Source: Candidatus Heimdallarchaeota archaeon (GTDB lineage: Archaea; Asgardarchaeota; Heimdallarchaeia; JABLTI01). From it: a stretch of 64,000 nt of DNA. Of this stretch, positions 38,589-48,222 are shown piece after piece. The notes under the pieces were generated by a model that did no database searches, was not told where the DNA came from, and saw only the letters and a list, made by a program, of their open reading frames with translations. The stretch spans positions 31,996 to 95,995 of the forward strand of contig JAHLVW010000047.1 in NCBI GenBank assembly GCA_019058275.1, read 5' to 3'. The position numbers were made by a program, and so were the translations under genes. Numbering within the stretch: the first letter of the stretch is position 1; every line of letters begins with the position of its first letter.

Positions 38589-39963
38589 GTCTCATACTCT
38601 CCGTTACAATAGTCTTTGCTAGTACATCCATCCTTGATGGATTTATAACAATTGGATAAGTAATACCTCGTAATGCTCTTCTAGTATCTTGCCAGATATC
38701 AGTTAATTTCATTCTTTCAGAACCAATGAGAAAATACGATACTTTCCATGTTCTACTTTGATCTCTAGTTACATCTCTCAGCAAGCTGTTTAATTCCATA
38801 TAACAATTTCTTGTTACAGGATCAATACTATCTCTTTCTTCCTCAAAATAGCTGAGCAAGCTTCTAGATGGGGTGGGGTCATAACCAGGAATCAATTCAT
38901 TTGGTCTGCCATCTGTTACTATAATGAAGTGAATATCTCTATTTTGTGTGTTCTTTTTCACTTTAGCATGATTAATTGCTGATTTTATTGAAGCACTCAT
39001 GGGAGTTCTTCCTTTGGCTGTAGCTGTAAGTAGAAACCGTTCCAATTCATATTCAGTGCTAACAACTCTTCTACTCTTAGAAATAGGAACTACCGCAGTT
39101 CGGAATGCCTTTTGATTTGTTCTTCTTGATCTGCCTTGAGACTTAAAGTAATAGAAAATCGCTAAAGAAGTTAACAATGCACCCTCAAGTCTTGAGAAGT
39201 GAGACCCTTCAACAACATTTCTCATAGATTGAGAAGTATCAACAATAAGGTAAATTTGAGCATTGCGATCTTTTTTCATAACAACAATATCATCAATATC
39301 AATTGATTTTGGTGGCACGGTTTGTGATGTTAACATTGAATGTTCAAATGTTTTCTTCTTGTGGATTTTACCTCTTGGACGGACAATTGTATCAGTTGTT
39401 GGTTTTGCAGGCATTTGCCTTGCTAACCAATTACCCAATTGATTTCCTAAAAAGTCCATAACTTCTTCTCTTTTAATTCGCATTTTGTGACCAAAACGAT
39501 CTGTAATTTCAATGTCAGTTAATTCTTCCAAAGTTCTAAGTGATTCACTGAGTTGTTTTTTGTATTCAGCTGTTCCCTCAAAACCCTTAAGATGCTTTTG
39601 AATGAAATCCTCAATTTCCTCTTTAGTCTGCAATTCACCCATGTTAACTTTCAATAAAGCATCAGGTAAAGTATTGTTTCCAAGATACTCAAGTATTTCA
39701 AGATTGCGAATTAGATCCTCTTCTTCCAATGGTTCCAATGGTGTAACAATTAATTTTCTGCGAATATTATTTACAGCAATTGCATTTTCCAAGGACATAC
39801 CAAGAACTAATGCTTCTCTTGAACTCTGTCCTTTTCGAGGATCTCGCCATTTTTGTAAAACACTTGCAGCATCGGCAAAATCAAATATAAAATCAGGATC
39901 GCGCCAAATCATCAGAGGGTCTGAAAATCTTTCACGACTGATCATGTGTATTCTATGAGGCAT
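38566..39963 (-). CDS. von Willebrand factor A (vWA) domain protein
   Basis: MIDAS motif LIVDTSQSM, G.TPM, IIVTDGRPN; GKIH.KKT linker typical of AAA-associated vWA proteins. Confidence 0.88.
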   Translation of the reverse strand: MPHRIHMISRERFSDPLMIWRDPDFIFDFADAASVLQKWRDPRKGQSSREALVLGMSLENAIAVNNIRRKLIVTPLEPLEEEDLIRNLEILEYLGNNTLPDALLKVNMGELQTKEEIEDFIQKHLKGFEGTAEYKKQLSESLRTLEELTDIEITDRFGHKMRIKREEVMDFLGNQLGNWLARQMPAKPTTDTIVRPRGKIHKKKTFEHSMLTSQTVPPKSIDIDDIVVMKKDRNAQIYLIVDTSQSMRNVVEGSHFSRLEGALLTSLAIFYYFKSQGRSRRTNQKAFRTAVVPISKSRRVVSTEYELERFLLTATAKGRTPMSASIKSAINHAKVKKNTQNRDIHFIIVTDGRPNELIPGYDPTPSRSLLSYFEEERDSIDPVTRNCYMELNSLLRDVTRDQSRTWKVSYFLIGSERMKLTDIWQDTRRALRGITYPIVINPSRMDVLAKTIVTESMRLGQSTIS

Positions 39964-40022
39964 CTTTTGTGCTCTCCTTTATCCATTAAAGCTTGTAGTA
40001 ATTGAAGTAGTTGCACTTTGGA

Positions 40023-41600
40023 TTATATGTGATCAACTAGCAACAATTGCTCATAACTTGTTTTTAATTGCTCAATGACTGTTTCTTGGATTTTCTTTGA
40101 TTGTTTATCAATTCCTTCGTATCTTGTGATGATTTGTATTAACTCCTCATCAGTTAATGCTCTCATCTTATCGATGTCTTCTGAGATCGAATCAACAGTT
40201 GTCAATTCACCTTCAGATTTAATCTCTCTTCTAAGCATTGTTTTAACTTCTTGAATGGCATCATTGATTAGATTTCTTGGGATATCAAATAACTCAACAA
40301 TGTGTTTTGCGTCATCAAGAGTTAGCATTGCTACATCATCAGTGATATAGAATTCATCTTTTCTAAGGACCGTTTCACCAATTAAGCTGTATAAGGTTCG
40401 TAAATCAACATGAGGAGTTCTTTCAGGATCATGGATATCAATCAAGGATTTAAAGAACATATCTCGAGTAATTTTCTTTCTTGCATAAGCTTCAGTTTCA
40501 CCAGATTTTAAAGCACCAGGAATGGATAAATCAGCCATTAAACCAATAAACTGAATAGCTAATTTGCTCACACTTTTCTTTCCAAATGACTTTACTTTCT
40601 CCAATAGCTGAACCAATGCTGGGTTTGCTGTCATTGAATTAAGACATAGGGTGAGATGCTCTTTGAACATATCTTCAACGATATTAATTCGCTCTAATTT
40701 TGTTCTTGCTGGCCATAGAACTTCAGGGATACGATTAATGATTGGCTGAGCTTCTTCACCAAAAACGCTAAGAGGAGCGTTAGAAGTGAAGATCATTGCA
40801 CCATCAACAAAAGCTGGACGACCTTGAATACTATATTTGATTCCACTTGGATCTTCTAGAAAGCCCATTAAAGCTTCTAGAAAGTTCAATGGTAACCTTT
40901 GAATTTCGTTTACAACAACAAATCCTTGTGAGAGAACACCTACTTTGTGAGCCATTGGTGAGAAAGTTGTAGCTGTCTCACCGCCAAATAATTGTTCCAA
41001 GTTCTCTACACCAGCTAAAAGCATATATAATCCTTCAGGATCATTACGAGGATCAATTTGAGCAACATTAACTACTGTTTTCTCAGCTTTAACAGCTTTT
41101 AAAGCTTTAAGAATCAAATCAGCTTCAATTGCTACAACATCAGATGTTCGATCTAAGTTAACATCAGTAGATGCTACTTTCTTTATTGAGTTCATAATAT
41201 TCTTTTTACAGAAGGGACAAAGACTTTTCAAAACTTCAGCAGATGCTTCTGGATCTTGCTTGAATGTTTCTGCTACATGAATTAAATAACCTGCATCTTC
41301 ATTGAAAGGACATCCTTCAATATGCCATTTCTTTTCATTAATCGCTTTGGTTAAGTGTTTTAACAAGGTTCTTGCAAATAGCGTTTTAGCTTCACCAGTA
41401 GGACCAATTAAAAGTACCTTTCCTGATACTGCGACTTTATCCATAACAATTCCTTTTGAATGTTCGTTACCACGAACTGCTGGATCTTCATTTATTTGCT
41501 TTCGTAATTCGGGTTCATTCAAAAGTCTTCTAACAGAACATCCTTTATATCCTTTCTTTGCTAAAGATGCTATTGTTTGTACCATTTTTCTTTCTTCCAT
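40023..41600 (-). CDS. AAA+ ATPase, MoxR/Mg-chelatase-related (Rv0958-like) family
   Basis: Walker A LLIGPTGEAKT, GCPFNED, Walker B VVNEIQRL, IQG...MIFTSN, PIINR Arg finger. Confidence 0.8.
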   Translation of the reverse strand: MEERKMVQTIASLAKKGYKGCSVRRLLNEPELRKQINEDPAVRGNEHSKGIVMDKVAVSGKVLLIGPTGEAKTLFARTLLKHLTKAINEKKWHIEGCPFNEDAGYLIHVAETFKQDPEASAEVLKSLCPFCKKNIMNSIKKVASTDVNLDRTSDVVAIEADLILKALKAVKAEKTVVNVAQIDPRNDPEGLYMLLAGVENLEQLFGGETATTFSPMAHKVGVLSQGFVVVNEIQRLPLNFLEALMGFLEDPSGIKYSIQGRPAFVDGAMIFTSNAPLSVFGEEAQPIINRIPEVLWPARTKLERINIVEDMFKEHLTLCLNSMTANPALVQLLEKVKSFGKKSVSKLAIQFIGLMADLSIPGALKSGETEAYARKKITRDMFFKSLIDIHDPERTPHVDLRTLYSLIGETVLRKDEFYITDDVAMLTLDDAKHIVELFDIPRNLINDAIQEVKTMLRREIKSEGELTTVDSISEDIDKMRALTDEELIQIITRYEGIDKQSKKIQETVIEQLKTSYEQLLLVDHI

Positions 41601-41609
41601 TAATTTTTT

Positions 41610-42158
41610 TTATTTTTTCTTTTCTGTTTTTTTAGTTTTTGTAGAAGATGATTTCTTTTTAAGCACTTTTGGTTTTATTCCCAAAACCTCAATATACTCA
41701 TCTAACCAATTGAAACAGGCTAGTATATCTTCCTTTTTATTCTCATGAATTTCCATAACATTCCATAACCTATCAGTTAATCTGATTAATGAAAATGCTT
41801 CAATAATTTCTGAAGATGTTAAGGCTATAGCTTTTTCTGCATTATAACTAGCAATTAAAGCTGGAATGTTAACCGATCCATTATTCCATACAAACATTTC
41901 CCAGAGGTATTCTTTAATTTTGGACAATTCATCCATTTTAGAAGAATTGACTAAGAAAATTGTTCCATCAGTTTTTCTTAGCAATGCATCGCGTAATTCT
42001 TGGTCGAAAACTGGTTCTTCAGTGCTAAAAGTATACAATGGAGTCTTTTCTTTAGGATCTAATGCATTTTCTTTGATAACATCGATTATGTAATCTCTTG
42101 TTTCTGTTTTCTCTCCAATAAAGAGAATATGTTTTGGTGGTTTTTGCTTTTTGAACAT
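41610..42158 (-). CDS. Arf/Sar-like small GTPase fold with lost G-boxes (pseudo-GTPase), polybasic tail
   Basis: QELRD.LL.KTDGTIFLVNSS, IPALI, ALTSSEI..AFSL..LTDRLWNV and ACFNWL match the Arf C-terminal half; G1 reads GEKTETRD; no DxxG or NKxD. Confidence 0.7.
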   Translation of the reverse strand: MFKKQKPPKHILFIGEKTETRDYIIDVIKENALDPKEKTPLYTFSTEEPVFDQELRDALLRKTDGTIFLVNSSKMDELSKIKEYLWEMFVWNNGSVNIPALIASYNAEKAIALTSSEIIEAFSLIRLTDRLWNVMEIHENKKEDILACFNWLDEYIEVLGIKPKVLKKKSSSTKTKKTEKKK

Positions 42159-42420
42159 CTGTATTCCACCTACTCTGGAATAATCAATTTCTCAGTGATT
42201 ACTACTTTTGAGGAATAGTAGTTCAATGAAATTTGAGTTATTGTTTTGAGAGTGGTTTATGCTAATAAATTATTTTGTCATTCTCTTTTTTATAAGATTA
42301 TACCTTTTTAGTGTTTGTATTTTTTTAGAAAAAGATAATTTATCTTGAAAACTAAAATAACGTTCAAATAGTTAGTAGTGTAATTTCTTCAATGCGAAAG
42401 CTAACAAAGAGCTGATACTA

Positions 42421-43065
42421 TTGAGTCAAGAGCAAGAAAATAACACTATGTCAGCAGATATTGAAGATGATGAACCAGTTCAATTACGCAGAGATTTTTC
42501 AATACCAAAAAACATCAAATTAACAAAAATTATCATTGCAATTGTTATAAATTTTCTAATTGGTGGGGCAATGTTTGCACTATCAATTGTTTATTATATA
42601 ATACATCCAGTGGAATCAGTTTATCTAATGGTATTTGCTCTTTTTATGACGATAATAGGTGGAGCATTACTGATACAATTTCCATTTGCTTTTTCGAAAG
42701 CACTAAACAGTCAACTAATTCTTGGTGAAAAATCTGTAAAGTTCCGAAACACTTTTTCATGGACTAGAATACCCTGGATAGATGTTGAAGAAGTACTCAT
42801 AACAGAGAAGCTAACAAAAGAGTTAGATTCAAATGAAATAATAGCTGTGGATTTAATTCGATTTAGAACCATATCTAAGGGACACTATTTTATGGGAGAA
42901 TCGTATCCAATAGAAGAAGCTATTCAAATTAAGGAATCAATATTAGAAACCTTTCAAATTGCTTTAGAAGGAACAGATTATATGGTCAAAGAAAAACAAG
43001 AACGACCATCAATAAGATCTCGAATGATTTTCTATGATAAAGTAATTCGAGATAAGATAACATAA
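42421..43065 (+). CDS. 2-TM membrane protein with bacterial PH-like domain
   Basis: Two TM helices, then LILGEKSVKFRNTFSWTRIPWIDVEEV (bPH-type pattern). Confidence 0.6.
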   Translation: MSQEQENNTMSADIEDDEPVQLRRDFSIPKNIKLTKIIIAIVINFLIGGAMFALSIVYYIIHPVESVYLMVFALFMTIIGGALLIQFPFAFSKALNSQLILGEKSVKFRNTFSWTRIPWIDVEEVLITEKLTKELDSNEIIAVDLIRFRTISKGHYFMGESYPIEEAIQIKESILETFQIALEGTDYMVKEKQERPSIRSRMIFYDKVIRDKIT

Positions 43066-43130
43066 AAAGAAAAGGATTGTGAAGTATTGAGTAAAAATAA
43101 ATGCTTCAGTATTTCTATTTAATCTACTTT

Positions 43131-44189
43131 CTATTTGGTTTCAGCTTTCATTCTAGATTGTGCAATCAATTCAAATCCCATTGCATTACACATTACTGGA
43201 TTATCTGGAACAACAACTTCCTCTGGTGATTTGACGATGTTTTCTTTCCACATCATTTCCTTAAGTACATCTCCAAAAACATATGAACCACCACCAGTTA
43301 GGATTACTCGTTCTATCCAAGCATCGGGTGGAAGAGTTCCAAGTAATCTTGAAGTTTCATCAATTACTATTTCTGCAATATTTTGTATATAGTACTCTTT
43401 TACTTCAGAAACATCATATTGTTGTCCACCAATCATAACTGCTGATAAGTTCTTCTCAATAGTTTTCATTAAGTCAAATGGTCTGATAATTTTGCTGGTT
43501 TGTTCTTGTAAAGTTCTAGCCATTCTCGCTGTCAAAGTATCTACTGCTTCTTCTAAACTTCCACTAGCAGTTCTCATTAATCTTCCTTGATAAACAGTTA
43601 AGATATCAGTTGAACCATGACCAATGTCAACTATGATTGCGTCAACAGCTCGACTCTCACCTGATGTTTTTAATATCTGATAGTATGAACCATATGGTTC
43701 AGGTAGTACCAAACACTTTTTAACATTAATATTATAACTATGGGTTTCTCCTGTTGCATCGTTTCTAACATTAATTTCCATTTCTTCAGAGAGTCCTTTT
43801 GATAAGGTAGACATTTCATCTTGAGATGTTGCTACAGGCACACCGGTGGCAATGAGCACTTCCTCTCCATCTTTCTTTATGAACAAAGATAATGCAGCTT
43901 TAATTGCCAAGATAGCATCCTTTATACTTTTCATTTTTCCTTCAGATGCAAGTGCTCTTTTAATTTCACTCTGCAACCGAGCTAACTCGCCAATAAAGAA
44001 AGTTTGTCCGCCTTCTTCTAGCACCAAATTATTTTCCAATGACTTATCTAAAGTCATCCCTGTCCAACCGGGATTTGGATCACCTATGATTGAGGGAATC
44101 CTTACTAAAGATTTCCCACCATTTGATGATATTTTAATGGTGCTAGTACCAAGGTCAATTCCGACACTTCTTAAGACTTTTTTAGACAC
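43131..44189 (-). CDS. actin-fold ATPase (ParM/StbA-like, actin superfamily)
   Basis: Phosphate-1 GIDLGTSTIK, PSIIG, TGVP, connect-1 LPEPYG, phosphate-2 VDIGHGSTD, adenosine LTGGGS, NAMG. Confidence 0.9.
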   Translation of the reverse strand: MSKKVLRSVGIDLGTSTIKISSNGGKSLVRIPSIIGDPNPGWTGMTLDKSLENNLVLEEGGQTFFIGELARLQSEIKRALASEGKMKSIKDAILAIKAALSLFIKKDGEEVLIATGVPVATSQDEMSTLSKGLSEEMEINVRNDATGETHSYNINVKKCLVLPEPYGSYYQILKTSGESRAVDAIIVDIGHGSTDILTVYQGRLMRTASGSLEEAVDTLTARMARTLQEQTSKIIRPFDLMKTIEKNLSAVMIGGQQYDVSEVKEYYIQNIAEIVIDETSRLLGTLPPDAWIERVILTGGGSYVFGDVLKEMMWKENIVKSPEEVVVPDNPVMCNAMGFELIAQSRMKAETK

Positions 44190-44475
44190 TGTAAGTACCT
44201 TCTGAATATCCTAAAAATCAATTATTGATAGCAAATAAAAACTTCTCGCTTTAAACATTAGTTAAAAGTTTCTATTTTTTTACATTACAATCGATAATAT
44301 AAGCATTTCATATATAAGTATATAAAAAAAATTATCCAAAAACAAGTAATTTTACTTCTTATAAGCATACTATTGCCGAATGAGAAATCTATTTAATGAA
44401 ATTTCATAAGATACTCTTATACAAACTGAACTGAAATTACAAGCTGTAATCTAACCATACTGAAAGTGAGAATAT

Positions 44476-45441
44476 TTGACAAAAGAAATCTTTGAACATT
44501 TAGCAATCCTCTCAGCTCATATAGCTCAGCAAATTGTAGAAAGTGAAGGAATTGAAACATTTTGCAAATCTCCTTGTGATTTAGCTATAATTTGCTACAA
44601 TAAGCGCTATGTACATAAAGAGCTCATTGGTAAAATGTTAATTCACTTATCAGAATTTGACTTTCTGGAAAGAAGGGGTGAGGTTTTTGTTCTTGAGGAT
44701 AAATGGAGGAGAGTATTGCCAGCTAAAATGACTTCAAGAACAGCTTTGCGAGAAGTAGCAAATCAAATATATTTATTCCAAGAGCACATTGCCAAGAATT
44801 TTCTAGAAATTGTTAGGAATGAAACTCAGAAAATCGAACTCTCTAAGTTGATTTATTTTCTTGATACAATAGATGGCTCTAAAGCTTTACATAATCTAAG
44901 ATCAGAAGCAATCTCTCAAGCTGAATATACTGGTTCACCTAAGAAAATTCTGGATATCAATTATGGTCTAGGATATAGTGCTATTCAATTAGCAAGTGTT
45001 TTTTTAAAGGCACAGATATATTCAATGCAACTAAATTCATCATTGAAAGAAGCTTATGAATATACAATCCAAAGAAATAACAAACAAAATCTCGAGACTA
45101 GTACAAACTATCCATCTGAAATGTCTCGCAACCTTATCAAAGAAAAAGTTGACTTCATCTTCTCTTTTAATCCATTAGGTTTTGAATATCCTCAGTTAGA
45201 TCGAATACTAAATATTGCTAGTCAAGTTGCTCATGATGGGACAAAACTTCTAATCTATGTGCCATATCATGACCAACCAAAAAACACTCTCATTCCAGAA
45301 TGGTTAGGTCTATGCCTGGAAAATATTAGTGAGTATGCTGATTATGATAAATATAAAGCAGCTCTAACAAAGTATGAATTTGAAATCGATCGCAAGAAAA
45401 TAGATTCAAGATTTATCATCGCTTATTATTCTCCTACATAA
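44476..45441 (+). CDS. wHTH plus degenerate class I methyltransferase-fold protein
   Basis: N-terminal LIGKML..LSEFDFLER wHTH-like segment; KILDINYGLGYSAIQLA motif I variant. Confidence 0.55.
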   Translation: MTKEIFEHLAILSAHIAQQIVESEGIETFCKSPCDLAIICYNKRYVHKELIGKMLIHLSEFDFLERRGEVFVLEDKWRRVLPAKMTSRTALREVANQIYLFQEHIAKNFLEIVRNETQKIELSKLIYFLDTIDGSKALHNLRSEAISQAEYTGSPKKILDINYGLGYSAIQLASVFLKAQIYSMQLNSSLKEAYEYTIQRNNKQNLETSTNYPSEMSRNLIKEKVDFIFSFNPLGFEYPQLDRILNIASQVAHDGTKLLIYVPYHDQPKNTLIPEWLGLCLENISEYADYDKYKAALTKYEFEIDRKKIDSRFIIAYYSPT

Positions 45442-45523
45442 TAAGTTATTTCTTACATTATTACACAAATTTAAGAACCAATATCAATCCATTTTCTATA
45501 TAACATAGATTAAGGAAAAGAAA

Positions 45524-48139
45524 ATGTCAGGTAAGGTCTTTCAGTATTATGTGTTTCTTATGGATTTTAATAATGAAACACATCAAATGAAAATGCTGAT
45601 TCTACCAGCGAAGTCAAAATCAACTCGAGTAAAACCAATCGAGAGAGCAAAATTACAATTTGTAATTGAAAACAGTAGATTGAGACCTTACAAATATCAT
45701 GTTTTAGATAAAACTGCAAGTGAGTATAAACAGCCAAACGAGATAACTAAAGTATTCAAAAAAGCTAAGGGTATAATTATTCCGCTAGATAATCAACCAG
45801 ATCAATATGATTTGTTTTTAGAATACTTTAAAACATTCAACATAAATGAGCCAAAAATCCGTAGAATTTGCAGATTATGTATGATTGATCAGAAGAAAGT
45901 AACCATTTTACTCGAAGATAGAGAATATTCAGTTTGTGGAAGAAAAGCTTGTTCTCAATGTGCTCGAGATGAATTGGATAGAGAATTAACCTCTCGAGAG
46001 ATAAATTTGACTTCAGGTGGAAAAAGACATTTCTATCGAATTCTAAGTAAAATTCATAGTGTGGATCAAGTTCTGGAAGCATTTGATCTTGACTTTCGTC
46101 CCACAAGAAATCCTGAATTAACTCTATTTGATACAATAGGTGATATTGATGATCTCTCAGCATCAGTATTTGTAGATCATTTGCCTATTCCAGGGAATAT
46201 GAAAAAAATACTCAATAAAAATGGAATTAAAAAACTACTGCCAATACAAGTAAAAGCAATTCAAGCTGGTTTAATGAGAAACAAAGATATGTTAATTGTT
46301 GCTGGAACCAGCAGTGGAAAAACCTTAATTGGTGAAATAGCTGGGATAACAAAAGCATTGCAAGGACAAAGGATGATTTACCTTAGTCCACTTGTTGCTT
46401 TAACAAATCAGAAATATGAAGATTTCAAATCAAAATATGCAAAAGAAGGACTCAAGGTAGCTATTCGAGTTGGAATGAGTAAAATAGATGTTGGAAAAGA
46501 AGAACGATATATAATTGACACCGATTATCGAAATGCTGACATAATAACTGCAACTTATGAAGCGTTTGATCTACTTCTCAGAAATGGAAAATCAGATGTT
46601 CTAAGAAATGTTGGAACAATAATTGTTGATGAAATACAATTATTAAGTGATAAAAGTCGAGGACCAGAAGTTGATGGTATAATTGCTCGTATTAAAGCTC
46701 TATTCCCAAAGGCTCAAATTCTTGGTTTATCAGCAACAATAGGAAATCCAGAGGAACTCGCTAACGATTTAGATTTGAATTTACTTGTTCATGAAGCAAG
46801 ACCTATACCCTTAGAGAGACATGTAGTTTTTGCTAGGGATCAGGATGAAAAAGAGCTTTATATGCGTGATTTAGTAAGAGCTGAATATAACAAGAAATCA
46901 ACATATGGTTATTTTGGGCAAACGATTATCTTCACAAATTCAAGAAGACATTGTTATGAACTTGCCATGAAGTTAAACAAGAGTGGATTAAAATCAGTAG
47001 TTTATCATTCAGGTTTAACATATCGGGAAAGAAAAAGAGCAGAAGATGGTTTTGCAAAGGGAAAATACGCTGCTATTATTACAACTGCAGCATTAAGAGC
47101 TGGAGTTGATTTTCCTGCTAGTCAAGTTATCTTTGAAACATTAGCAATGGGAATTGAATGGATTTCTGTAGCTGAATTCTATCAAATGACTGGAAGAGCA
47201 GGACGTCTAGGGTATCATGATAAAGGTAAAGTTGTGATGCTTGTTCAGCCAAATAGAAAATATCATAGTTCAATGGATACCACAGAAGATTCAATCGCTT
47301 TTGAGCTACTATCAGAACCAATTGAACCTGTAGAACCATTAATGGAAGGTGAAAATCAATTAGAACAAGTGCTTAGCAGTATTGTTGCTCTGAAAGAACC
47401 TTCACTAAAAGAACTGGTACACCTATTTTCAAATCTTTTAGGTCCTGCGGAAACTCTTAAGGAAACTTTAAGCAATTTGCAAGAATTAGATATGATTAAT
47501 GTCTACGAAGAAGGACCTCGAGCAACAAGGTTAGGAAAAGCAACTTCAAGAACATTTTTATCACCTTCAGAGGCAGGTGAGATTAAGAAAAGGTTAGAGT
47601 TATTGAGCCCACTTGAAATTGCTATAGGAATTGAACCATTTACCTCTGTCTTTTTGAATGCTAAAATGCAAGCAGAAATAGAGAAAACTCTGAAAAGCGG
47701 CTACATAGGTACAAACCTTTTTTCAGGTTCACTTCTCGAATATATGGAAAGCTCATTAGATAAACGAAGCAACTTACCAAGATTAATTATCAATACTTTT
47801 GCTAAATGGAATATGGACATTTTTGATTGCAAATGTACAGATAATCCATGGTGTGGGTGTGGAGAAAAAGCAATTTCAAGGATTATTGTAGAATTAAGAT
47901 TAGAAAACAAAGATCTCAGGAAAATTACAACTGATTTAACAGCAAGATACAATCTCTATGCTTATCCTGGAGATGTCTATCGATGGTTTGATACATTAAT
48001 TCATCATCTGAGAGCAGTAGCAAAACTAGCTTTAGTCTTTGATGAAAGAAGAACAATGAAACTAGCACTAAACACAATCAAAATGATAGAGAGACCTTGG
48101 ATTTTAAAGAAGATAAATGCAAAATCAAACAAAAAGTAA
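45524..48139 (+). CDS. archaeal Ski2-like DEAD/DEAH helicase (ASH-Ski2, DUF5814 C-terminus)
   Basis: LLPIQ, AGTSSGKT, SPLVALTNQK, DEIQ, SAT, FTNSRR, QMTGRAGR; N-terminal CxxC..CxxC; C-terminal CKC.DNPWCGC, YAYPGD. Confidence 0.92.
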   Translation: MSGKVFQYYVFLMDFNNETHQMKMLILPAKSKSTRVKPIERAKLQFVIENSRLRPYKYHVLDKTASEYKQPNEITKVFKKAKGIIIPLDNQPDQYDLFLEYFKTFNINEPKIRRICRLCMIDQKKVTILLEDREYSVCGRKACSQCARDELDRELTSREINLTSGGKRHFYRILSKIHSVDQVLEAFDLDFRPTRNPELTLFDTIGDIDDLSASVFVDHLPIPGNMKKILNKNGIKKLLPIQVKAIQAGLMRNKDMLIVAGTSSGKTLIGEIAGITKALQGQRMIYLSPLVALTNQKYEDFKSKYAKEGLKVAIRVGMSKIDVGKEERYIIDTDYRNADIITATYEAFDLLLRNGKSDVLRNVGTIIVDEIQLLSDKSRGPEVDGIIARIKALFPKAQILGLSATIGNPEELANDLDLNLLVHEARPIPLERHVVFARDQDEKELYMRDLVRAEYNKKSTYGYFGQTIIFTNSRRHCYELAMKLNKSGLKSVVYHSGLTYRERKRAEDGFAKGKYAAIITTAALRAGVDFPASQVIFETLAMGIEWISVAEFYQMTGRAGRLGYHDKGKVVMLVQPNRKYHSSMDTTEDSIAFELLSEPIEPVEPLMEGENQLEQVLSSIVALKEPSLKELVHLFSNLLGPAETLKETLSNLQELDMINVYEEGPRATRLGKATSRTFLSPSEAGEIKKRLELLSPLEIAIGIEPFTSVFLNAKMQAEIEKTLKSGYIGTNLFSGSLLEYMESSLDKRSNLPRLIINTFAKWNMDIFDCKCTDNPWCGCGEKAISRIIVELRLENKDLRKITTDLTARYNLYAYPGDVYRWFDTLIHHLRAVAKLALVFDERRTMKLALNTIKMIERPWILKKINAKSNKK

Positions 48140-48222
48140 TAGGAACATAGATTTTTATATTGTTTATAAGGAAAATCAATTAAGTGTCGGTAAAAATTTA
48201 AGAACACTTTGAGTTAATATAA

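Noticed and set aside
40023-41600. AAA ATPase inactive because Walker A is GxxGEAKT and Walker B is NE
   Set aside because: GxxGxAKT and hhNE variants are typical of this chelatase-related subfamily; catalytic Lys, Glu and Arg finger are present
43131-44189. Calling this lokiactin or bona fide actin
   Set aside because: Lacks actin hallmarks such as DNGSG..KAG and the LLTE.PLNP segment; has ParM-type TGxP/PEP motifs
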